Shown here in pieces: positions 1-10,965 of a stretch of DNA of 64,000 nucleotides; the stretch's first letter is position 1, and each line of letters starts with the position of its first letter. Location: positions 372,001-436,000 of the forward strand of contig JAPETS010000013.1 of NCBI GenBank assembly GCA_026023565.1, written 5' to 3'. A model generated the notes under the pieces. It did no database searches. It saw only the letters and a list, made by a program, of their open reading frames with translations, and was not told where the DNA came from. This stretch comes from Cirrosporium novae-zelandiae (Eukaryota). The position numbers and the translations under genes are program-made.

Positions 1-1130
1 TCGCTATTCATTTTCCAGTGAATTTGTGTTTAATATAGATCTAGGATTTCTCCGCTATTGCTAGAGCTTTCCAGATAGTTTGAGAGTTTTTTTCTTTTTC
101 TTCTCTTTTTTTCTTCTCTTTCTCGGAATGAAAACATGTCTCAGCTTCCAAATCCCGACTCGGAAATCCTTATCATTCATGTACAAGTATCAACAACATC
201 TTTCAAGCTTATCATACCAGTTACCTATCTATCGGCAATTCTCGAGCTTTGTGCTGGGCATGAATGACTTGGCTCGTTTCAACATCAACGTCATATATAT
301 ATATATCGATATTTTTTGATTCCCACGAACTCATCCCGAAGGTGTATTGATGTAAATTATTATCATGGTTGATCATATCGTTCACCGCATTATTCAAGGA
401 AGAACGAGATTGCAGATTGTTGGAATAAGGGCCTTGCCACTGGTATCCACTTGATCTCGATGAAATCTATAGCGTGGAGAATAGAGGTAAAAAAAAGTTG
501 GCAGAATGTATATGGTATATTCTTCTTGACGAGACAGTGATCTGGAAAGTATGGAAAATATGCGACGTTCGATCTGCGAAATCTCAAACAATAAGAAGCC
601 ACGAGAGTTACAAGTACAACAAAGGAAAAATAGCAAGAAGATGGAGGAACGGTAGAATATGTGAGTATGTATGTATGCACTATTATTATTAGAAAGAGGA
701 GGAATGTGTGTCATAGTCACAAGTGGCAGGCAGTTGACGAGATGAGAAAGAAGCCTCAAAGAATTAGGCAGGAGTGCCAGGCTACCAGGTGAAAGCAATT
801 CCTGGTATTGTTTGGGGGTCTCAATTTGTCGTACAAGTTGTACTAGTCAAAGTCCTTGCAATTGGCAAGTGACTCCTGATTAGAGTTGAGTTGCTGGCTC
901 GTTAGAAAGCTGCTGCTTGAAACTATACCTTTTCGGGCAAATTTTCCAAAGTTGATCTGAAGGAGCATTGGACCAAGATAAATAGAGCGAAGCCCCCCGC
1001 TTCGCGATTACCTACGGCGCGACTGATCGATCAACAACCCTTCACCATCAATCAAGCCAAATAAGGCCATTCAATATCTCATTCGAAAGCTTTTCTTCAC
1101 CACTAACTTTTTATATACCCATAATTCAAA

Positions 1131-2388
1131 ATGCCTGCCAAGAAAGCTACCGGTTCCGTGCCGCAGAAGAAAGCCGGAAAAGGCCCAGAGCATGCTAGCT
1201 ACAAAGGTATGTGATTTCACTTGATACAATTGTCGCATACATGTCGCATTGCTTAATTACGATTGTTGACCCTTATAAAATAGATATGATCAAGGAAGCT
1301 ATCCTTAATGTGAGATTTTTGTCATCTTCGCAATGATCTCGCTGTCGCTGTCGTACTCTTCCACGCCCGACTATGCCTGCTATGCACTCTTGCCTTATTT
1401 CGCGCAAAGCAAACTTGAGATATCGTGCCCGCTGACGCGTCCTAATACATGCAGCTGAAAGAGCGTAATGGAAGCAGGTTAGCTCAATTCTATTTTTTGA
1501 CGCGTCCATTTCGTCCCATGTTTACACATCATTGTCGCGCCTCCATCCCAGTAACATGTACTAACTTTTATTTTCGACAGCCGTCAAGCTCTCAAGAAAT
1601 ACGTTCAAGCAAACAATAAGATTACGGCTTCTTCACCTGCTGCTTTCGACACCCAGTTCAACAAGGCATTGAAGGCCGGTGTTGAAAAAGGGGAGTTCAT
1701 GCAGCCAAAAGGTTAGTTTCTCTATTGCAATCTTTTGAATGTGGATGCTATTCTGCCAAATCTCTTAGGCCCTTGTTCATCCACTTAATCCCATCAGTAA
1801 TATATATTTCATAATATATAGTTGCTAATGTATATCATTTATAGGACCTTCGGGTACCGTCAAGATTGCGAAGAAAGAACCCGCTAAGCCTGCTACTGCT
1901 AAGGTATGTTTAATCCATGCTTGCTGACTACTTGCTCATGCTAACGTCTCTCATCTTGGAAGGAGAAGCCTGACCCTGTAAAGAAGGCCGAAAAAGCCGA
2001 ACCAGCAAAGAAGGCTGCTACCAAGAAGGTTGGTGCTCCTAAGAAAGCGACTACGAAGGCCGCAGAGGCACCCAAGAAAGCCGCTGCCCCAAAGAAAGCT
2101 GCTCCCGCTAAGCCCAAAGCCAACACCGCAAAACCTCGCAAGGCTGCACCTAAGGTAAGATCATATAAATGCCCCAGTCCAGGACTCCATTGACATTCCT
2201 AGGCTCCTGCTATTGTAGAACCAGAGAAGGTGTTGACTAAGACGAAGTCTGGTCGAGTCACTAAGACGGCTAAGCCAGCTGCGCCGGCAAAAAAGGCTGC
2301 TGCACCAAAGAAGGCTGCACCAAAAAAGGCGGCGCCAAAGAAGAAGGCGGATAAAGCCGAAAAGACGGAAACGGCTGCCGCTGCATAA
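1131..2388 (+). CDS. hhoA: Histone H1 (linker histone), 7 exons: 1131-1206, 1284-1309, 1455-1477, 1581-1711, 1845-1903, 1963-2154, 2203-2388
   Basis: Manual splicing at six GT..AG introns gives [56 protein letters not shown]...[29 protein letters not shown], an H1/H15 winged-helix globular domain. It is followed by a Lys/Ala/Pro-rich tail (KKAAAPKK repeats, TKSGRV). Missed by the ORF track because of short exons. Confidence 0.96.
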
Positions 2389-3531
2389 GTCAAATTCACT
2401 CTAGAAGTTATTTCATTTGTTATGACACTCAACTTGGGATCGGCTCGGTGTGAAGGCGTTGCGGCGCATCTCACTGGCGACTGGCGATAATGTCGATCTT
2501 CGGTTATGTGATATCCTCGAGCGCGCGGCGGTTTCGCGATTAGGGACGACTGTGTGGCTACAATGTGGACATAAAAGGAGTGCCTTGTGTCTTTGTTACT
2601 TTGTGTGGTTGGCGTTATTATGATATGAGGGTTGATGCCAGATTCGACTTTTTTTTGTACTGTAGGAGAGCATTTTCCTTGAATATGTCGGTTTTTTCAA
2701 TGATGACTCCTTTTCAAATTCATTCTAACCATGGTACTACAAAATGGAGTAATTATGAATCAATTGACAAAAGGGATAGGTAGGTAGGTTGTATATTGTA
2801 CAGTCAGGGTACCATGCATGAAATATGCAATGATATGAAGGATTTATCCTTTTTGTTATTCTCCTATGGGGCTGAGCTGAACCAAGTGTTAAATTACTAC
2901 GTCAGCTTCTAGAGGGCCCGCCTTGGGTGTCCATCGGTGGCATCCAAAATTAGCCATTCAAGCAAGAGCAACAGGTGTTCAAACTTTACTGTGTAGAAAG
3001 TATTAGGAAACTCTCGCAGTTCTTTTTTTGTACTTGTACTTGTACTTGTACACCCCATCGACTCTTGTAACCTGCTTTTGTAACTGTGCATCCATTAATT
3101 AATCATTCTTCTAATATCTAATTGCAAATTTATTCTCGCAATATTGTGTTTTGACCTTGACCTTTTTAAAAAACCCCTGGCTATTCTTTCTCGGCACAAG
3201 CCCCAGCAAACTAGCAACCAGCAAAGCCAAGTTAATCAACATAATCCCGCCTGATTCCTGATCGGGAGCAACGTAAGAAACTCTCCGTCCTCCAAACCGA
3301 TTCTCACATAAACCAAACAGCACATGAATTGCAACCCAGATTCACTGACCATCCCCTAACCCCATCTTTCACTATTATTTCCTCAGCCTGGAGCATTTCT
3401 TTCTATTATTCTTGTCCAATAGAAGATAACGTCTTTAACGGTCCAATAGAATTTTCGCCTTTTCCCCCCTCAATGCCTATAACATCTTTGTAGGCATTCT
3501 GAAATAAAAGCTCCTGAGACACAATCGAGAT

Positions 3532-6436
3532 ATGCCCTCGGTTTCCATCAACGATACCTTCCAACCACCCGCCTCCGCTGCAGCTGCATCTCCCCTTGAT
3601 TATATTCACTACGAAAAGTCATCGACGCCCACATCCCCTACCATCGCAGCATGGGCCTACGGTCATAGCTTGGACGAGAACGTCACTCAGCTCGATGGGA
3701 TTATCAAGAATGGGAAAAACACAAGCTTACACTCGCTACAGAACGGAGTACCAAGTGGAAACGCATACGGTCGAAGCAGAACTCGCTCACGGGCTGGAAG
3801 CCTACTTTCTCTTTCAAACGGCGATGGTCGAGTGATGGACGGTGAAAGAAAAATCACTGATCTAGGAGATGGTGCTTCAAAACATATTCCTGGAGATGGT
3901 TCCTACACCAGCGGCCAGATGAATGGATATGTTGTACAACCTAACTACCCAAAATCATCAAACGCGCCTGTACTCGTCAATGGAAACCATTCGGGCTTGC
4001 CCCGATCCCTTGATAAACATGTTCCAATGACAAACGATGTTCCCACTGAGGCGACTACTCCGATCATCGATGGGAAGGACACGCCCTCCCAAGAGAGCGT
4101 AGCTGAGCCCTATCCTCGTTCGCACCATTATTCTTCTCCTCCAGTCCTATCTTCTCCCACCGCAGCACCGGGTACAGCGACAGCATCGGGTTCATATTTT
4201 CCTCCAGCAGGTAGACTTACACATAGGCATACCCTTCAAGTCCCGAAACCTTCGGGGGGGCGTGGATCTCGGGAATTTCCCCCATCCAATGCCAATTCTT
4301 CGGATGATATTAGCGGTCGCCTTTCTCCACCAGCAACAGGCGCCAGAAGAGCTTCTCTGAGCCTAATGCGACGAACAACGAGATCTATACATTCAGATTT
4401 ACATCTAGATGAGGTACCACAAGATGACGATGCCGCTCGCTGGACCGAAGCCATCCGACAGAAACGAGCTAGTAGAAGAAGGCGTAAAGAGGAAGAAGAC
4501 GACGACAGAGTTATTGTGGGAACAAAGGTTGACCAGAACCATGTCAACTGGGTAACGGCTTACAACATGTTGACTGGGATACGGTTTACCGTCTCAAGAA
4601 CCAATGCCAAAATGGATCGCGAACTTACCGATGCTGATTTTGAAGCAAAACATAAATTTTCTTTTGATATGTAGGTCTTCATGGCTTCCAGCTTGACTGT
4701 TATTGCTGACGGCCTTCCAGTACTGGAAACGAACTGACGCCCTCTGCAAAATACGACTTTAAATTCAAAGACTATGCACCGTGGGTATTTCGACATTTAA
4801 GAGCCAAGTTTCAGTTAGATCCTGCCGATTACCTTATGTCGCTCACAAGCAAATACATTCTTTCAGAGCTAGGGTCTCCTGGCAAAAGCGGTAGCTTCTT
4901 TTACTTCTCTCGGGATTACAAATATATCATCAAAACGATACACCACGCTGAACACAAACTGCTGCGAAGAATCCTTAAGGATTACTATAATCATGTTGAG
5001 AATAACCCGAATACTCTAATATCACAATTTTATGGTCTTCATAGGGTGAAGATTGCATACGGTCGCAAGATACATTTCGTTGTAATGAACAACTTACTTC
5101 CCCCGCATCGAGACGTCCACCAGATGTTTGACTTGAAGGGGTCGACAATTGGGCGGGATTTTAGGGAGGAAGCCCTAACAGATAATCCAAGAGTGACACT
5201 GAAGGACCTGAATTGGCTTCGAAGGAATTATCATTTAGAACTGGGCCCAAACAAGAAACAAGTCTTTATTGCTCAGATGGAACGGGATGTTGCGCTCCTT
5301 CAGCGGCTGAAGATTATGGATTATTCTCTCCTTGTAGGAATCCATGATCTCACAAAAGGAAATGAAGAAAACCTAAGAGATAAAACGCTACAAGTGTTTC
5401 AACCCGGTGGAGATAGCGCCAATGATCCCCAACCGTTGACAAGGACACCCTCGAAGCTCGAAAACGCAAGAAAGGCGCGGGAATTGCGAGAGATTATCAA
5501 GAAAGAGAAACCAGTCCCAATGGACCAGAGTACTAGCAAGATGCCCGACGAGCTACTTGGAGAACGCAAAAATTTTATCTTCTATTCCGATGATGGTGGA
5601 TTTCAAGCTACTCATGAAGATGGACGACCCGGAGAGAAGATATATTACTTGGGAATAATTGATTGTTTAACTCATGTAGGTTCAGCTGTCTTGGTTTGTA
5701 TACTCGAACCTTACTAATGCCACTTTAGTATGGTACTGTGAAAAAGGCGGAACATTTTTGGAAAGGCCTATCACACGACAGCAAACAAATATCTCCCATC
5801 CCCCCAGAAGGGTACGGCGATCGGTTCGTGAAATTTATCAGTGGGATCACCAAGACTCCAGAAGAAGCCGAGAGAGAAAATGAGGCAGATGAGCAGGGAT
5901 TAGTATCTACTGACACTGTTCGCCGTCGCCATCGTGCTCTATCGAGCCTATCCAGATCATCCACCGACAAAGTCATGGAAAGGGCTGAGAAACAAGCCCA
6001 GAAGTCGGCTGATAAACGACCTTCATCGGAGGAGGACATTCCTGAGCGAGCTCTTAGTACTGCGCGTAGCCCCTCCGCGGAGCGATCAGGCGGTATTGCC
6101 GGGACTACACTTCCGGTGGTTGAGGAGGTGGGAGAAGCAGGAAGCACCGGAGGTCATAGCGGAAGGAGCAGGGATTCTATACCAGCAATGGGAAATGATC
6201 GTCGGGATAACCGCATACCGCCGCGTATGGACGGGACGATTCATCTAGTTAACGGTGATGAGGATGGAGGGGAGAAGCCAAGGCAACCTCCGCCCACGCC
6301 ACCGAAAGATCGATCACCACGGAACAAGCAACTGCCTCCTGTTCCACACCTAAATTCATCATTTAATAATACAACGGAACCTATATCTGAAGGGAGGGAA
6401 GCATCATGGCAAGGGAATATGTCAAGAAGGGGTTGA
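3532..6436 (+). CDS. MSS4: Phosphatidylinositol-4-phosphate 5-kinase, exons 3532-4670, 4721-5675, 5729-6436
   Basis: PIP5K motifs YNMLTGIR, FKFKDYAPWVFRHLR, ELGSPGKSGSFFYFSRDYKYIIKT, FDLKGS, IMDYSLLVG and YYLGIIDCLTHY. Two GT..AG introns join the three ORF-track pieces in frame. Confidence 0.96.
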
Positions 6437-6827
6437 AATTGAAGTCTGAAGTTGGAGAAGGCCGTTGAGTCAATTTCATCATCCATTGTTTTTTGTTCGT
6501 ATTACTTGTTAGATTAGCTTCCTATACCCTCTCACATGATGCTGCGAAAGACTCGGACAGCGGACTACTATGTACCTACTACTTATTACTCAACACAACA
6601 CACACACACGACACATCATTCACTTTTTCCTTTTAAGTCTTTAGACGTTTCGGGGTTCGTTTCCCTTGGTTCGTTCGGGACATGTCACATGAACACGATT
6701 TCCTTCTTATCCTATCATATGCTACCTACTATCCTTTTTTTCATCTTCTCTAAATCAAGTCAAATCCATTCCAAAATGTTTTCCCAGGTCCAGAATCAAA
6801 CAGCTCCAAAACAAGAGAATTGCCGCT

Positions 6828-6857
6828 TTTTCATTTTCATTTTCATTTTCATTTTCA
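6828..6857. repeat. (TTTTCA)5 microsatellite
   Basis: Direct reading of the sequence. Confidence 0.9.
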
Positions 6858-8731
6858 TTCATCCAAAAAAAACCCTCCTTTTCTTCTTTTTCTTTCTTTC
6901 TTATTTTTTCCTCCTCTCAAAACCCACACACACATACAACAGCCCATTTCAGTTTCAAATACAATTCAGTCAAAACCGGTACGCACATATATAAAATACG
7001 TAATGGACGGCGAAAATGATTGCATCTAATTTTTTTTTTTCGTCCTCTTTTGTTTGGTCGAGTTTTGGGTGTTGGTGTTGGTCTAGACAGTCGAGCTGCA
7101 TTTTCTCTAAGGCTTTTTTTTACCTTCGAGGTTTCCGGTTGGGTGGGGGGGGGAAGGGGGGAGGGGGGGGATTGTTTTATTTTATTTTTATTTTTGTTAT
7201 GTTAATTGTTGTGTGGGATTGATTTGTGTGGTTGTGTTTGATCGTGGGGTGGGGTGGAGTGGGGCGTGGTTGTTTTTTGAATATTAGATGTTAGAAGGAA
7301 ATGTGAAGTGAAAGAAGCACAAGGAGAGAAGAAGAGGTTTAGGAGAGAATGAGAAACAAATGAAAAAAAAAATAAGACACATTTCCCTTGAAGAAAAGAA
7401 AAACTGGCAAGAACATATATGGATTTATTTCCTTTCCTTCCCTCCCCCCGCATGGCATGGTACATTAGTATTTAGCATTAGCATTGACATTGGCATTGGC
7501 ATTCATTATTCATTATTGGTATTTGATGTTGTTATTTGGTATAAGACCTAGGATCTAGGGCAATGCACATATACACACACATATATATATGTATATATTA
7601 TTTAGGAGCAGTTGAATGAATGGATGGATTGGATGGGTTTTTGGTTTTTTGGTTTTTTAGAGAGAGATAAAGATGTTTTAGGATATATACATATTTTTAT
7701 ATATATAGAGTTATAGGTAGGTAGTTATGCAAATATTTATATATATCTAGATTATGGTGATATGGTGATATAGTCTTTTGTTTGTTTTATTTGTGTATGT
7801 GTGGATAGGTGGGTGGATGTTTGAGGAGAAAGAGGAAGAAAGAGGGGGGAAAGGGAGGAAAGAGGAGGAAAGGGGGAGATGGGTGGAAGTTTTAGTGTGT
7901 GTGTGTGTATGTATCCGGATGTATCTTTGGATGGTATGTATGATTTGATCTTGATTTATTTATTTGATTTAATTTATCTGTATATATACTTGGGTTCAAG
8001 ATCAAGGTCAAGGTTGAATTTCGTTTTCCCACTCTTTCTTTTCTTCTTCTTATAATCTTACATATGTCTTATATCACCACCCCTCCCTCCTCCCTCTCTC
8101 TCCCTCTCTCTCCCTCTCTCTCCATACACATATCTACATTACAGCATAGCCAAATCATATCCCACATCCCAAACACTAACACTAAGTATACCGTATACCG
8201 TATACCGTACCCATCCGGCTCAAGTATTCAAGTATTGTAGACTAAATTGATGGATACAGTAATTATCTTACTAATTAGCCACGCCCATTTTGGGGGGGTT
8301 TTTGTGTTTAGTTAGGTAAGTAAGAGTAGTTGTTTTGTTGGTTTGGGGTTTTAATATGTGTATATGCATTAGATATGCAAACTAGATAGATGGTGCAAGT
8401 AATCTGATAGAAAAGAAAGAAGGAAATGCTTGGAATTTCATATGTAGGGTGACTAATATACTAATATAGTTGAGATTCCCAGTTTCATAGATAGAGGCTA
8501 TAGACCAGAGATACCATAAATGCAATAAAATGAAATGAACATCTCCTCCTTCCACTCCCATTTTTTTCTTTTTTCTTTTTTCTTTTTGGGAAAACCAGTT
8601 TCGTTAATTGATTGAGTAGAACTTGCTTGCAAGTGAGTAAAAAAAAAAACATTTAACGCTCGCTATTCATCCATTCATTCATTTGCAAATTTCTCTCCTT
8701 TCCACCTTTCACAATAATCATCACCATACCA

Positions 8732-10098
8732 TCACGCAAACACCCCACCCCTATTATTATAATATTCCCTCTCTGATTTCGACATGTTACTGAGATCATA
8801 CCTCTTCCCACCAATCTTGCCACCCTGACCGTACGCACTCGCATATGCCTTGAACGTATCCAGGAACATGCGCTGCGGGTTCCTCCCCTTGGGGGCCGTG
8901 GAGACGGTATTCGGATACATGGATTTGAGCTGCTCGAGGGGTTTTTTCCACTCGGGTAGGAACTCCTCGCTTGAGGAATCCGTAGCATCATCTTCTTCTC
9001 CTTCTTCTCTATCCATCTCCAGCAGCTCCTCAACCCCTTTCTCAACCCCATGCGGTCCTTTAATCTCGATATTGTGTTTCTTCGCTACCCGGACTACGTT
9101 TCGCATCCACTGGGTTTCCTTATCCTGGGAGCCCATTTCATCCCAGTTCCGCCCGAAGATGATGTAGAGGGCCATGATCAAACCGATGTTTTTCCGAACG
9201 ATGGCCGGGTTTTCGGAGAGCATGGATTGGCCTTTGGGGGTGTCGAAGATGATTGGGAGACCGGCTAGGAGGCCGCGCCCAATTAGGTTTACCGTGTTGG
9301 CGTATTGGGGGCCTTCGGATCCCACTGCGGAAGGTGTTAGTGGTTTTGGGATGGGTGAGGGGGGAAGGGATCAAGGAGGAGGCGAGGACGTACTCCACCA
9401 TACGTCGCATACTCCGCCGTGGAGGAATATTGCTAGGCCTTTGGTTTGAGCCCATACGGCTTTGGGGTCTTGAGGTTTCTTTGCCACTTGTCGTTTGATT
9501 GCGGTTATCTAAAGTGAGTGTTCAAGGTATCGTTAGTCTAACCCATTTCTTCCTTTTCTTCTTCTTCCCTGGAACTCCGTATCACAATATGTTGTTATGA
9601 AAAAATGGCAAGATGTAAACATACAGCATTCTCCACCACCTCGCAAGACTCATAAGCATCATAATCGTTATAGAGGATTACACCCGCATAGTTCGAATCG
9701 CGCGCAATTAATGCTTGGTTTAGGCTTTTTAGGACTTGGAGACCCTCTCTGCTTATAACCCAAGGATGGTCTGGATGGAGATTCGCGGGCTGCCTGCAGA
9801 TACACTCGCGCTTGCCGCAGCCAGGTTCCTCATCTGATATGACTATTACTTCTTTTGGTTCATATTCATCGTCTTCTTCCTCGTCCTGGATGCCATTGGC
9901 ATGTTTTTCATTCTGTATGTCCTACAAGGGTCGACAAACGGTGACCCATTCCGGCTGGAGGGTTTCTGGGAGAGAATTATTGGTGTTAGAAGAGGATTCA
10001 CCGCCAGAAACTTTTCTGGTTTTTGGAGCTGGAACTGATGGCGCTGGGTTGGAGCTGGTGGGGTTGGTCTCGGAGACGGTTCTCTTGGCTCGGGGCAT
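8732..10098 (-). CDS. Conserved-looking fungal hypothetical protein (~393 codons), exons 10098-9625, 9508-9394, 9324-8732, with one in-frame TAG at 9924-9922 (codon 59): recoded gene or young pseudogene
   Basis: MPRAKRTVSETNP...PEWVTVCRPL*DIQNE...CGKRECICRQPANLHPDHPWVIS...ARDSNYAGVILYNDYDAYESCEVVENA|ITAIKRQ...DVWW|MGSEGPQY...IGGKRYDLSNMSKSERE. Both introns have canonical donors (GTATGT, GTACGT), ACTAAC branch sites and YAG acceptors, and both keep frame. The TAG is the only lesion. Confidence 0.78.
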
Positions 10099-10965
10099 CT
10101 TTAGACAGGGTTGGTTTCGGAATTGTTAATTGGTGACTCTGGGTGAAATTGACTGTAAGTACATGTAAAATGGGATACAAAAGTTGAATGGATGGAACAA
10201 TGGAATTGAATATATGGAGGAGGTGAGATGAGATTGAGAAGGATACTGTCAACGCTATTATCCTTGACTTTTCTTGACACATCGACGCGTTTCGACGTGA
10301 CGAAATATGACCTCATAAGCGGTTACCATGCGCCAGAAATCGTGACCCTGTGAAAGTTATAATATATGTACAGTACAGCACAACAGTAAATACTTTCGCC
10401 CTTTTAAATCCAATTCAAAATAACATCCGGGAAGCTCAAAGTAAACATTGTTTACTATGGCACTATTTTGTATTTTCAATGGCAGTTTCAATCATTTAAT
10501 TGCTGGTTTAATTTTTTATCTGCTGTCACGTTCCATCTCGCATCCATCGTGCTAATCGTTCATCCTCCACATAATCGTTTATTCTTTTTTCCCATGCAGT
10601 CTTGATAATAAAAATGATTGAGCTGTCCTGTTCCATCCAGTATTGAATCCTTCAATATGCAATGTAGTTGTATGGCCGGCCATACTTTACTTCACGGAAT
10701 TATATATGACAGGTTATAGCTGTTGCTTGGCCCCCAACCCAGAATGGAAAAAAAATGCATGATACAAAAACTCCCATGATGGTCAAGACAACTAAATGAA
10801 CAATGATAATGCAATAAAAGGAAATGACGATACAAACGGAATACCCGATAAAATATCCCGGTCATGCATGCAATGCTAATAACACCGTAGAAGCAATCTG
10901 TCTTGTTGTTGGCTCGTCTATCGTGCGAGAAGATTCAATATTCGTTCTGTATTGATTTGGATCAC

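Noticed and set aside
1941..2474. Hydrophobic minus-strand ORFs 1941-2141 and 2199-2474
   Set aside because: Antisense shadows of the Lys/Ala-rich histone H1 tail.
6536..7551. Phe-rich ORFs downstream of MSS4, and similar ORFs at 22637-23273, 50408-51294 and 58622-60471
   Set aside because: They derive from microsatellites and poly-T/poly-A tracts and lack coding features.
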